Shown here piece after piece: positions 33,679-45,812 of a DNA stretch of 64,000 nt. The stretch is from assembly GCA_003707115.1 (NCBI GenBank), contig PPNB01000007.1, forward strand, positions 186,001-250,000. Direction: 5' to 3'. Position numbers and translations under genes: made by a program. A model generated the notes under the pieces. That model saw only the letters and a program-made list of their open reading frames with translations. It had not been told where the DNA came from and ran no database searches. Each line of letters begins with the position of its first letter. Within the stretch, counting starts at the first letter, position 1. The stretch comes from Tortispora ganteri (Eukaryota).

Positions 33679-35088
33679 CTACCATCGGAGGGCGCTCATG
33701 TCATTGCGGATACGATTGTAGTCAAACAAATCTTCAATAGGACCGAGAGCAGCAATAGCAATATCCTTATCCCACAAGTATTTCTGAGCAAATTCCGTTA
33801 CGGCCTTAACATCAACCTCATCGACACGACGCTCAACTTCAATAGGAGACATACGACGGCCAGTAGTAACGATTTGACGTCCAATGTCTTCGGCAACTGC
33901 AGTAGTGCCGTCAAGAGAAAGGAGTAAAGAGGCCTTAAGCTGTGCTTTAGCACGTTCAACTTCTCCTTCCGTAATAGAATAAGACAGTCTATTCCATTCC
34001 TTTAGGGTATTGTGCACTAGGTCATCGATGTGAGTTTTGTTCTCGGTTACAAGGTAGATGCCCCATAATCCAGTGTCGGAGTACGAAGTAGAGAATGACA
34101 TAAAAGAGTTGGCCAGCTTGTAATGAGAAACAAGGTAAGACAAACGCGAGCCTTGAGACATGCTGGATCCCTGGGCACGGTCCCAATTACCAATTATAGC
34201 TTGTGCAACCAAAGCAGTGAAATAGTCGGGGCTCTTCCAAGAAACACCCTCGACAGCAATAGCAATGTGAGCAGCGGGGAGTAAGTCATCGCGCATGCGT
34301 ACATCAGAGCCAATGAAAGTGGGTGCGGGCCCACGGGGAGATCCAATAGGTAATGAATTGGGGGAACACTTAAGACTGCTGAAGTGTTTTTCGGCAAGAG
34401 CAACAAGAGCCTCGTGATCTACAGCACCAGCAGCAGCAAGAACCATACGGTCACCAGTATAGTTCTGTGCAATATAGTCAGACAAGTCCTTCTTGGAGAT
34501 AGACAATATGTTCTCCTTGGGGCCGAGAATAGTTCGGCCGAGGGGCTGACCTTGGAAGGCGACAGCGTGGAGATGGTCAAATACAACTTCTTCATACTGC
34601 TTGTCAACCTCCTCAGCTTCTCTGATAATAACATCACGCTCACGCTCAATTGCAGATTCGTCAAGTTTGGAGCTCTGAAGTATGTCGGAAAGAATTTCAA
34701 CGGACTTAGGAACATCATTCTTGAACGCTTTCGCGTAAAAAACAGTGTTCTCCCGAGAAGTGTAAGCATTCAAATGAGCTCCAATGTTCTCTATTTCAAG
34801 CTCCAGTTGCTGCTGAGTGCGAGAAGAAGTGCCTTTGAATGAAAGATGCTCGAGAAAGTGAGCAGTGCCATTGTTAGCGGCAGTCTCGGCTCTAGAACCA
34901 GCATCGATCCAAACACCCACAGTCGCTGTTTGCGCATTAGGCATTGTTTCAGTAGCGACTGTTAATCCATTCGCCAAAGTAGTGGTTCTGGTCTTAGGAT
35001 ACTCAATCGTTGTTGACAGAGCTCTGCGAGAGAGAACGCAGTAGCGAGCAGCACGAGCTGTAGTTCGTAGTTGAGAGCTAATAGTCAT
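33679..35088 (-). CDS. MAS1: Mitochondrial processing peptidase beta subunit
   Basis: GVWIDAGSR, zinc motif HFLEH, LNAYTSRE, SYSDTGLWG, EDIGRQ. Confidence 0.96.
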   Translation of the reverse strand: MTISSQLRTTARAARYCVLSRRALSTTIEYPKTRTTTLANGLTVATETMPNAQTATVGVWIDAGSRAETAANNGTAHFLEHLSFKGTSSRTQQQLELEIENIGAHLNAYTSRENTVFYAKAFKNDVPKSVEILSDILQSSKLDESAIERERDVIIREAEEVDKQYEEVVFDHLHAVAFQGQPLGRTILGPKENILSISKKDLSDYIAQNYTGDRMVLAAAGAVDHEALVALAEKHFSSLKCSPNSLPIGSPRGPAPTFIGSDVRMRDDLLPAAHIAIAVEGVSWKSPDYFTALVAQAIIGNWDRAQGSSMSQGSRLSYLVSHYKLANSFMSFSTSYSDTGLWGIYLVTENKTHIDDLVHNTLKEWNRLSYSITEGEVERAKAQLKASLLLSLDGTTAVAEDIGRQIVTTGRRMSPIEVERRVDEVDVKAVTEFAQKYLWDKDIAIAALGPIEDLFDYNRIRNDMSALRW

Positions 35089-35650
35089 CGTTTACTTTTA
35101 GTGAATTAAACAAGTCGTCGATTGCAATATAGCAACTATATACGGTATTATCTTCAAATATGTATAAAACTCGCGATCCTGGTGAATGCCGAAAAGTGTG
35201 AGAACTTAAGGTAAGAAATTACAATATTCTTTAGAGACCTGTATTTCTTTTCTTAAGGAAGATTTTCCGGATTGTGAATGTAAAAACAAGGGAAAGCACT
35301 ACTTGTGAAATTCTTGGTCTGACTGGTTTGCTTTAGTCACAAATGCAAATAATCAGGTAAGTACAAGAAAGCAGAAAAACCTCTCGGAAACTGTGCGGTT
35401 GGTTAGTAAATGGTAGTGGTTCGACGAAGGAGAACAGTGCGAGAGTAAACCTTTTACCAATGCAGCAACTGTGATTTGCTGAAAATTGTTGTTATAGCAA
35501 CCTATCTAACCAATCCGTTCTTTCCTGATACCTTTCACTCCTTCTTACTCTACGCTTCTCCACTAAATTGTGCAATATTTGACACGATTTTCCCCAGATT
35601 TTAATCTAGATTTCGTTGACTACTATTGTTGTATCTTTATATCTATCAGA

Positions 35651-36151
35651 ATGTTGAGTCTTCGCTCGTCGATACTCCGCAATGCTGTTGCTGCGCGACC
35701 AATGATCCGTAGCTCCATGCTTGGTGCTTCCTTCCCCATACAATCTCGCACTTTGAAATTCATGGCAGGCCATCAGAAACAAGTAGTACAAGGAAGTGTA
35801 AATGATGCGGTGAAAATTCCTCCTCCGGATAAGTCGCATGGTTCTTACCACTGGTCCTTTGAACGTGTGCTTGCCGCTTCCCTCGTTCCTTTAGCTGCTG
35901 TTCCATTTGCATCCGGCGCTGTTTCTCCATTACTCGACGCTACTCTTTGTTCTTTATTATTGGTTCACACTCACATGGGATTCGCCGCTTGTATCACTGA
36001 TTATTTTCCCACCCGTGAGTTCCCGAAAACAAATCGCGCCATGTTTTTTGCTCTTTATGGTGGAACTGCTCTAGCCTTGTATGGAATTTATCTTGTGGAG
36101 ACTAAAGATGTTGGTATTGCGGAAACTATCAAGAAAGTTTGGACCGCCTAA
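35651..36151 (+). CDS. SDH4: Succinate dehydrogenase cytochrome b small subunit (CybS; Sdh4/Tim18 family)
   Basis: Presequence, HGSYHWSFER, H.H.GF..CITDY, DVGI....KKVW. First ATG at 35651. Confidence 0.9.
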   Translation: MLSLRSSILRNAVAARPMIRSSMLGASFPIQSRTLKFMAGHQKQVVQGSVNDAVKIPPPDKSHGSYHWSFERVLAASLVPLAAVPFASGAVSPLLDATLCSLLLVHTHMGFAACITDYFPTREFPKTNRAMFFALYGGTALALYGIYLVETKDVGIAETIKKVWTA

Positions 36152-37458
36152 TGATGTCTTTGATTATCTCTTTCTGAAGTTTTATATACGAATGAACATA
36201 AATTACGATGTGTGTTGTGTAGTATCCAAGTGATTCACTGAGGAGTGATCGAAAAACTCGGCCTCGCCAAGTTGAGTTGGTAAAATCTAATAGCCAAAAA
36301 ACGCCTTCGGTTTAGGAATCTAGATTCCCTTTGCAGTCGGTACTGGATAGTTCCCTTTCATTTAGTTCTTCCTTCCATGGTACTATTATAGTCTTTCTTC
36401 TTGTGTAGTAAAATGGAGGAGCATCGATTTCCATGATCGGTATCGGGTTATGCTAACGAACAAGCTAACATACTGCGCATTGAACTCAAGGCAAATCATA
36501 TGCCAATCCTCGCACAGCTGTCCCATGCCTATTCAATTACTTGAATGGCTCAGTTTCTAGTGGCTGTCGCCTGCAATATACTGCAGTCTCTCGAGAGAAC
36601 ATTTATGAGGATTTCACCGAATTTCCCACCCTATCATATAAACATCTCTCTTACTGAGATGATCCGTTCGTACTCGGGTAAGCGCAGTCGGAAACCAACA
36701 CCTCCTTCCACTAGGCTATTGATGCCAAAAGTCGAAACAAAACGGTGCTATATAAGCCTGATGGAATTCTTGTCCGTGGTTCGATTCAATATGACGCTTT
36801 TTTAAGGTGACTACTTTTCACGAATAATTCTTCTGCATTACATGGTTCTAAGCTTCTGAAAAGTCATTCATGTTTTTATCTATTTTTATTTCCCTGATTT
36901 CTTGTTAGCGGACTGGCAATTCGTTTCTGATCAACTTGACTCCCGGCACCATTATGTTTCCGCGCTGAAGGCTGTGGTAAACAACGGCCAAGAAGTCGCC
37001 GCTAAATCTAATTTGAGGAACTATGAGCCAAAATATGCACTGTTCCGCATTGCTCCGAGCACACTACTGTGTCAATTTGTTGACATATAAATCCAGTAGC
37101 CGACCAAAAATTCAAGTCAGTCATATAAAAATTTCTGTTCTGTTGCTGATAGTGTTTGGGTCCGTCCCGAGACTGCAACAGGATGTAGCAAGGCTGAGGA
37201 TACATTGCCTAAATCGACCAATAATAACACCAGACACCCATTATCAGATTTTTTAAGGTTTCATGATGGAATCTTTTCGATCTTGTAGCGAACCGGAACC
37301 TCAAACATAGCTTTAGAAAACACTCCTTGTGAATAGGGAAACATTACGAAGACTGTCAGATTTTCGAGATCTTTTTTTAAAAAAATTCACTATATTTGAT
37401 GCTAATCTTACTGAACATCAATAAACGACGTTTCGGATAATATTCTCCTATAATAGCC

Positions 37459-40446
37459 ATGCCTGAGTCGATCAGATCCACTCTAGTCTCTTCCGATGTA
37501 TCCTCTAATACTACCGATCCTGAATATGATGTTGATACCGCGGAAATATACATTTCCATATCTGGTATGACTTGTTCTGCGTGCACATCATCGGTTACAG
37601 CTGCTCTGAAAGCTATCTCCGGGGTGTATAATGTTCAGGTGGCCCTTGTTACAGAGCAAGCTAGAGTAGTTTACTCCCCGCTACAAGTTTCGCCAGAAAA
37701 GTTGATTCAAGCAGTTGAAGACTGTGGATTTGATGCGTCTATAGATTCTTTGCAGTCTGACCGTTCAGAAGCGGAATCTCTTAGAAACGAAAATGCAGAA
37801 ATCGCGGTATACGGAATGACCTGCTCTGCTTGCACCAACTCTGTCACCGCAGCTTTATTAAGTTTGGATGGCGTAAACTCAGCGCAAGTGTCTCTAGCCA
37901 CCGAAACTGCCAATGTGTCTTATGATACATCGAAAGTTGGCATACGTGATGTTATTGAAGCTATACAAAACTGTGGCTTTGACGCCGTGCCTGCACATTC
38001 TCTTACAAGACGAAATCAAGCACTTGCCTTGCTTCGAGTCAAGGACGTTATTTTTTGGCGCAAGCAAGTAATTATTTGCTTGCTATTTGCTATTCCTGTA
38101 TTTGCAATTTGCGTTGTTATTGGTAAATACTTTCAATCATTGCAGGTATACATTCAATTTCAGATTATGCGAGGTTTGTTTTTTGATCAATTGCTAGCTC
38201 TTGTTTTGACCATTCCCTTACAATTTGGCATTGGACTAAGATTTTTAAAATCAGCTTATACCTCCATCAAGCATGGCTATGCCTCTATGGATGTTCTTGT
38301 TACCCTCTCTACTTCTATGTCGTTTTGGTTTTCGGTATTCAGCATGCTGTATTCTATTATCTCCAAGTCCTCGAAACGGCCTACTGTTATGTTTGAAATG
38401 CCCACAATGATCTTATTATTTGTCGTTATCGGCAAGTATTTGGAAAATAGAGCAAAGGGACAAATGTCGCAGGCACTTTCAGAACTCATGCAACTTACCC
38501 CGCCTGTAGCGACGATTTACTCCTCTAAATCTGATATAGCTGCTGCACAAGCTCGTGCTGCCGAACTTATAACTGAAGGGAAAAAATTTGCTCCAGTTTC
38601 CATTATAACTGAAAGAGAAGTGAACTCTGATATAGTACAAAGAGGCGATATAGTAATATTACGGCCAGGCATGCGTGCACCTGCTGACGGAATTGTTATA
38701 GCAGGATCCTCTTCAACGGACGAATCACATCTAACTGGAGAGAGTATTCCTGTGTCCAAAGAATTGGGTAGCCCTATCATATCTGGTTCCATTAATCTGG
38801 ATGGCCGTATTGACTTTGTTGTTACAAGAGGCGGCACAAAGACAAGACTATCTCAAATTGTCGACCTAATTCGTACTGCGCAATCAAAATCTACACCTAT
38901 TCAAAGATTCGGTGATAAGGTGTCAGCAGTTTTTGTTTATACAATATTGTCTCTCGCCCTTTTCACGTTTCTTTTTTGGCTTACAGTGTGTTATTTAGAC
39001 ATTGGACTCCCCAAAGTATTCGCTGATACGAGAGCCACTTCTGGGCGGGAAGGTGAATTGTTTTTATGCTTCCAGTTGGCGGTTACTGTGATTACCGTTG
39101 CTTGCCCTTGTGCTATAGGTTTAGCTACGCCGACTGCTGTGATGGTGGGCACAGGTGTAGGTGCGCAACATGGGATACTTTTTAAGGGCGGAGACTCCCT
39201 CGAAATATCATCGCAGGCAACTCATGTGATATTTGATAAAACAGGCACTCTGACCTATGGACAATTAACTGTATCTAGATGTGAGCTTGATAAGAACTGG
39301 TCAAACTTGTCTAATTTGTGGTATGCCCTTGTTATTGCCACGGAGGAGGGTTCAAAGCATCCTATGGCAATTTCTATTGTCAAAGAGCTTGAAAAGAAAC
39401 TCCACAAATACTCTCTATCTGGTCATGTTTCTATTGAAAGCTTCACATCTTACACTGGGAACGGAGTGAGTGCCGTTGCTAAATATGACGAACAAATTTT
39501 TGATATGAAGATTGGAAGCTCTACTTTTCTGTTATCTCTTGGGATAAAAATAGACTCCGATCTACTTTCTCGTGAATCTTCAACTTCAGATTCAATAGTT
39601 TTTGTCAGTATAAACGGCAACTTGTCTGGAACAATATACTTGATTGATCGGGTTAGACATGAGGCTGCGGATGCAGTTCGTCTGCTAATGAATGCGGGCA
39701 TAACTGTTGCAATTGTAAGCGGTGATTCAGAGAAATCTGTAGAGACTGTTGCTAAAACTGTTGGAATTCCTGAGAACTGCACATTCTCCAGAATCTCTCC
39801 AGAAGGTAAACTTTCTATTATTCGTGATATACAATCTGGCAGTATACTTCGAACATCCCATTATGAACAGAAATATCTGAGAAAACTCATCTGGAAAACA
39901 TTTTTTAAGTCCAGAAGACCAGTGGTGATATTTGTGGGGGATGGGATAAATGACTCACCGGCATTAGCTGCTGCTGACCTCGGAATGGCAATAGCATCAG
40001 GGACTGAAATTGCAATTGAGGCAGCAGATTGTGTGCTCACCAAAGGAAGTGGAACTGACCAGCAATCCGACACTCAAAATGATGTTTTATTAGACGTCTA
40101 CTCGGCGATAGATTTAAGCGCCGCCATTCTCAGGAGGATTAAATACAATTATATTTGGGCCACCATATATAATTTAATTATGATCCCATTTGCAATGGGC
40201 GCATTTTTACCGCTTGGAATTGTGCTCACTCCTATTTTTGGCTCCGCTGCGATGGCTTTGTCTTCTGTCTCAGTTATAATGGGTTCATTGCTACTCAAGA
40301 ACTGGCATCCTTCTAATAGGAAAATCGAAAGACATATTTTCCCAAGGTTCCATTTATCCTGGCCATTGGCCTTCAAGTTTAGGAAACCTTCCAATGACAA
40401 TATTCCACTCATTGAATATACTCCAGTATCGCGCGATGATGAATGA
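37459..40446 (+). CDS. CCC2: P1B-type copper-transporting ATPase
   Basis: Two HMA domains (GMTCSAC), TGES, CPC, DKTGT, GDGINDSP, YN and MALSS transmembrane motifs. Confidence 0.95.
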   Translation: MPESIRSTLVSSDVSSNTTDPEYDVDTAEIYISISGMTCSACTSSVTAALKAISGVYNVQVALVTEQARVVYSPLQVSPEKLIQAVEDCGFDASIDSLQSDRSEAESLRNENAEIAVYGMTCSACTNSVTAALLSLDGVNSAQVSLATETANVSYDTSKVGIRDVIEAIQNCGFDAVPAHSLTRRNQALALLRVKDVIFWRKQVIICLLFAIPVFAICVVIGKYFQSLQVYIQFQIMRGLFFDQLLALVLTIPLQFGIGLRFLKSAYTSIKHGYASMDVLVTLSTSMSFWFSVFSMLYSIISKSSKRPTVMFEMPTMILLFVVIGKYLENRAKGQMSQALSELMQLTPPVATIYSSKSDIAAAQARAAELITEGKKFAPVSIITEREVNSDIVQRGDIVILRPGMRAPADGIVIAGSSSTDESHLTGESIPVSKELGSPIISGSINLDGRIDFVVTRGGTKTRLSQIVDLIRTAQSKSTPIQRFGDKVSAVFVYTILSLALFTFLFWLTVCYLDIGLPKVFADTRATSGREGELFLCFQLAVTVITVACPCAIGLATPTAVMVGTGVGAQHGILFKGGDSLEISSQATHVIFDKTGTLTYGQLTVSRCELDKNWSNLSNLWYALVIATEEGSKHPMAISIVKELEKKLHKYSLSGHVSIESFTSYTGNGVSAVAKYDEQIFDMKIGSSTFLLSLGIKIDSDLLSRESSTSDSIVFVSINGNLSGTIYLIDRVRHEAADAVRLLMNAGITVAIVSGDSEKSVETVAKTVGIPENCTFSRISPEGKLSIIRDIQSGSILRTSHYEQKYLRKLIWKTFFKSRRPVVIFVGDGINDSPALAAADLGMAIASGTEIAIEAADCVLTKGSGTDQQSDTQNDVLLDVYSAIDLSAAILRRIKYNYIWATIYNLIMIPFAMGAFLPLGIVLTPIFGSAAMALSSVSVIMGSLLLKNWHPSNRKIERHIFPRFHLSWPLAFKFRKPSNDNIPLIEYTPVSRDDE

Positions 40447-42923
40447 CACGACGCACCTTATCGCCTTTTTACAACTATTTCTCTTCTCTTGAACATGACT
40501 CTTCTTACATGATTTAAACTCCTATATTACGTGTAATCTCTAGAAATTAAATTTGCAGCTCCTTGGGTACCATACTTTTGTATCTTTATAACGTTCTGAA
40601 AAATTTATAATGGGACTATAGGCATTTCATTTGGATAATTAGTACATAATTGTGAGATCTCTTTGTCGTGCCCATTAGATATCAAGAAGCTGGTGTCCCC
40701 GCATATAAATAATAATGCCGACATTTTAGACGCGATTCGAAACCAATCAGGGCACTATATTAGTGATATCAAGAGTATTTGTTTTGCTGAAGCTTGCGAA
40801 AACAATGATCCTGCTCATCTACCCAAACTGAGTAATAGTATAATTTTTCGATTAATTACCAATTGTCTTGCTAGAATACGTGCCCAGGCTCTGAAATGAA
40901 TAGTTTCAACATAGGATTAACTTAACACATTAGCCAGCAAGTCGTCTTTCTCCACCTTGTAGTATCCTCGCATACGCATCATTATAGCAATAACGATGTT
41001 GAAAGATTCAAGGGAGTATATACTGATATACTAGTCCGATAGAGAGATTGATCAAGCCAATTCGTGTGATAGAGTGGCTGATTCTAGGTGCAACATACCG
41101 TCACCGTTAGAGGGTCCGGTATCATTTAAATTTTAGAGCAAGTAAACATCTTGTCAACTCGGATTGGTTTTATCCGGAAAAGTAACCTAAGTGGTGATTA
41201 AGGAACAACATATCAGTCATAGATGAATATGTTGGGAAAGCATCCGACCAGCCGATAACGACTCAGCAAAATTACCACTTAAAGGTTCTTCTCAAAGCCT
41301 CGTTTGCTAGTACTAATCTACTCAGCCACCGGCAGACGACACTTCCAGTCGACCACACTCTGATATACCTATTGTATCATCCTTTGTCTCACCCAAATCA
41401 GTGAAAAGGTTCTGGGATACGTAAGTGACTGTCACAATGAACAGGCCCGGGCATAAAGAACTTGGAACGTTTCTATAATGCAAGGTAGCGGGCAGGGTAG
41501 CGCATTTTCAACCCAATTCAAAGCATTTATAGGCAAAAAGGTCTCTCTGCACTCCCATTGAAACAGATTACAAAGAGACATGTCACTAAAATCACGCTTC
41601 ATTTTGTTAGCAAATCATCGCATTGAACCCAGGAAGAAACGCAGATTTTCTTTCTTCTTCGTTTATTGATTATGTTCCTTGAGTACTATTATGATCTATC
41701 GATTTATGGTCAATGTACTAGTAAACAAGCAGTATTTTCAAAAGCACTAATAAGACATGATTCTACGCGATCCAATTCTATATTATATGTCAAAGTTGCA
41801 GCAGAGTAAGTGTATGTCGCGTCTAACTTTCGTTTAAGATTCAAACTATTAGGATGCTTAAAACTAATAGTTCTTTCGCCACGCACCTTAAGTGGCGTAC
41901 ACACAAATACTCAATAACATTTAATAAATCTGAAGGTTGTGTTTGCGCAATATTCTATTTAGTTCACCGCAATCTTTGCCACCTAGTTACCATTACGAAA
42001 AATACTAAGTTTGCCGATATAGGCAGTGTTTGGGACTTTCGCCTTGCTAGTTCAGAATATTTGCAAATCGTTGATTATAAGTACCTAAGTAGCGCACAAA
42101 AATATATATTTAATCGTGGATATACGGCCTCGCGGTCGCATTCGCGCAAGATTCTTACATCTTTACAGCAAACTTTGCCATTTCGTTATCTTTACGAAAG
42201 TTATTGAATTTACTAGCTTGTCTAACACTGCGACGTCGTAGTAGACTTTCTTAGTAAGATGCTAATTTCGATTCAATTTATGTGAATTTTCGACCAAAAG
42301 CATTGCCCATTATTCCAATATACTGTGCAGGCATGGCTTCCATCTCATCGTGGTAGAAAATCTTGCCCCTCAGCATTATTCAGTTCACATTAAGATGGGT
42401 TATTCAGTAATTTCTCTGAATACGAAGGCATCCTAGTATAGTAGCTAAATTCATTTGGATTTTATAAACTAATCTAAAGTATAAATAAGTCTAATGAAAC
42501 ATTGAAACATGCATAACACTAATTTCAGCATCAAATTCATATAAAAAAGTCATTCTAGTATGTTATATTGTAAACCTGAGGATTGACTACATTTCAATAA
42601 ACATTTCTACTAGCATTAAAGTTACTCTTATCCTAAAAATAACTCTAAGGTAATGAATGCGTAGTTTATACATAACTCATGGAAATATCTACACATAGCA
42701 ACTTCAACCGGTTTTCTTTTGAAGCTAGAGGTTAACCACACTTGATTCATAAAAGAAATAGCAAACTAAAATTACGCAAGCGTTTTGAACATGCTACAAG
42801 GGCCCTTCCACCTTATATGTTTGATGCTTTCCAGCTCAGCAGTTCAACCAAACTGCGGAATGCATATATAGTACACACATCAAATTGCTATTTTTCTGCG
42901 ACTATTCCAGCTGAAATGAATTA

Positions 42924-42988
42924 CCACATTAGTCTAATTTGAATATATTTTCCACATTGGTCTAATTTGAACATATCTTCCACATCGG
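42924..42988 (+). repeat. 28-bp tandem repeat, about 2.3 copies
   Basis: CCACATTAGTCTAATTTGAATATATTTT / CCACATTGGTCTAATTTGAACATATCTT / CCACATCGG; the two full units are 25/28 identical. Confidence 0.85.
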
Positions 42989-45797
42989 AACTATTGTCCG
43001 TAAAACGTATAACAACAAATTTCCAAAAGCACGATTATTTTAACAATTCTTCGCAGCTAATAGTTTTCTATCGCTGAAATCAATAAACAGGAAAAGTTCT
43101 TTGTTAGAGAAATAAATATCAATGTCTTCAAAAGCGAACATGCTTTTGTCTTTTTCATTTTGTAACTTCTAATCGATACTTAGCATTAATTTATATCACT
43201 ACGCGCCACACAATTACCCAAATTCTAATCCAACGAAAATATCAATACATATAATATATGACAAATACTACATACACACTTTTAGTAGATATTCTTCCCT
43301 TGCTACTCTCTATAAGTTATAAGCTACTGAACAAGTAAATACGGTTATTTCTGGAATTTTACGCAATAATTGGCATTATTGATATTCCTGCTGTTTATAA
43401 CATTCAACCATAACATAATATTTTCTCCACTTATCATCTTGTCAACCGAGCCTACCATTACCTTTATGACTATAGATCACAATATTTAAGTATCGATCCA
43501 ATCGAGGTTTTATTAACCATACCTGTCTCGTCCTAAAATACATAGCACCCGAGCAAAAAAATATATCAATGGCGCTAATGATTATATAGAGGGATAATTA
43601 AATTCAAAATATATATGCGTCTTCATTAATAAAGAAACTTAAGACCAGTTGCCCACATTGGGTCTGAAAGAAACTTTTATTTCAAAAAGAGCAGATTTTT
43701 TGTTCAAAACGTGGAGGCTAATAATAGCTAGTAAACGTTAAATGCAGTAACAATGTGGCACTGTTGTTGTTGGAATTAACCTAGTGTGGCGCTTTACTTT
43801 CAAGCGGATATAGATGCTTAATCCTGTTTGATTCCCAGATTGGAAGTAGAGATTGAGATACCATTGTTTAGTTGGCTTTCATCACAAAATGATAAAATAG
43901 GATTTGCTCAGATGGTCACTTATGTTATTTTACTCGGTGTTACGCGATACCATTCTCTGTCAAGCGTATTACCTGGCATTTCGTTGCCCGTATAGCGCTT
44001 CATGCGTGGAATAGATGACACTAGCCGCTATAAACTCCTGCTATGAATACCACATAGTTGTCTTTTGGAGTATCTTACGCGCCACCGTGGCGTTCACAAG
44101 TCAATACAGAAACTCTATTCCAAATGGTTACGTTATTTAGTTCTTAATGATGCTCCACTGTGACTCAGTATGGATAGTCATATATAGTCCTATCACTCCT
44201 CCGGCAATTAAGAATTACAAAAAATTGAGAGCTTCATCAGATATCTTCTGTGCGCTCAGCGACTTAGTCTACTTTATTGAGCTGGATAGTAGCAATAGAA
44301 GCCCATTCTACAGCTATACACCTTCTTGCTGTTAGTTTCTGAGAAGCAAAATAAACCAATTGTCCTTTCAGACTTTTCCCTAGCGCAAGAGTGCGGAGAA
44401 CCAGATGGAGCTGTTAGAGAGGCGTCTTGATACTTTGTTTCTGGATCTGACCCGGAACAACCAAATGAACGCTTGGAAAAAAATCAAACTAAGCACTATA
44501 TAGAGAATCCGTCGAACTAAAATGCAATAAAGTCTCTGAAAGGTTACGGTGGCTGTGTATAGACCTTAGGCATTGTTAGAAGATATACATATCAAGCAGA
44601 AATCGAAAACGAACCAAGAGCAAGTTAAGTTTGAAACGGATAGTGCTGGTTATAGATCATAATGCTCAGAAGCAGATACATCTCCGTTGGTACTGATGAA
44701 TCATAGTCGTAATCAGTGGTTCGAGAAGTAATGAAAGAAAGTGCTCTTTCATTTCGTTGCAAAAACAAATAGGACTCCTACGCTGCTTCTACCCCCTCAG
44801 GTCAAACGATACTGCCTATTAAGAATTGTTGTAGTTCGCTGCTTGGAATAAAACACCGAGGAGTATATGGCTTTCGTTGCCACTTAAGGCCTCCCAAATA
44901 GAAAACTTTCTTTCGTCTAATTTGTTTCTTTATGTGCAGTAGCCTTACAGGGATAAGCTTACTGAGCAACTAAAATGTTGATACACCTCGCCATATTGAC
45001 AACATGCCAGAGAAAACGGCATCCAATATGATTCAAAGCTGTGTACCGAACTTTTTTCTTAGTAATAACACCATCAGTCGGCTTACTATATGTTTATTTT
45101 AAAGTATGGCTCATTGCCGTCTTAAAAGTATCATGCTGACGAAAACAGATTGTCATTATAAATAATACGCCACATACGCCATATTCTGCTTTGTTGTTAT
45201 GCTTTATTGAAATTGGTATAGGATCTCCTGAAGTGCTCAGTCTTTTTTTAAACACATTATTACTTAAGCTGTCCTTAATCATACAGGCTATTCATATAAG
45301 CTAGATGTGATCTCATAGCGAATGCAATGTTATAGTATATATGTCTCACTTTTCGTCCAAGCTCTAACCCCTCAGTTGGTGCGGTTTCATATACTTATTT
45401 CTTCTTGGCAAAAGCCGCAAACACAAACAAACAATGTTGGAAGACTATTTTCGTGCACTTTTATAATAGTCTCGAAATCGTTCTGCGTGTTTCTTTAGCA
45501 GTTTTGTTCGTAGTTCAACAATATATCTGATCGTTTACATGACTCCGCTTAGTATAGTAGTTGATCTGAAATAATAATCACTTTCTACTACGTCTTAACG
45601 TTGCTACAATGAAAACCCCCATGTGACTAGCACTGTAGTATTATAACTTAAGACTGTCATCGAGAATAAAATAGAATCCTCAGCCTGGAAATAATTAGAG
45701 GTGAGTATTCAGGAGCCGGATGATAACAGAATGTCCACATATGCACTAGAAGGGCCTTAATCTGATTCACGATTTAAAGGGTCACCTCTTCGACTTG

Positions 45798-45812
45798 TTT
45801 TTTTTTTTTTTT
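45798..45812 (+). repeat. Poly(dT) tract, T15
   Basis: Directly visible homopolymer inside the gene-free interval. Confidence 0.9.

Noticed and set aside
35450..35459. CCTTTTACCA, resembling U5 loop 1
   Set aside because: It lacks the invariant preceding G and a closing stem.
36217..36226. GTGTAGTATC, matching the U2 snRNA branch-pairing region
   Set aside because: The flanking U2 sequence and stems are absent; it lies in the SDH4 3' region.
36778..36787. GGTTCGATTC, a tRNA T-loop/B-box-like sequence
   Set aside because: No T-stem or cloverleaf can be formed, so it is not a tRNA.
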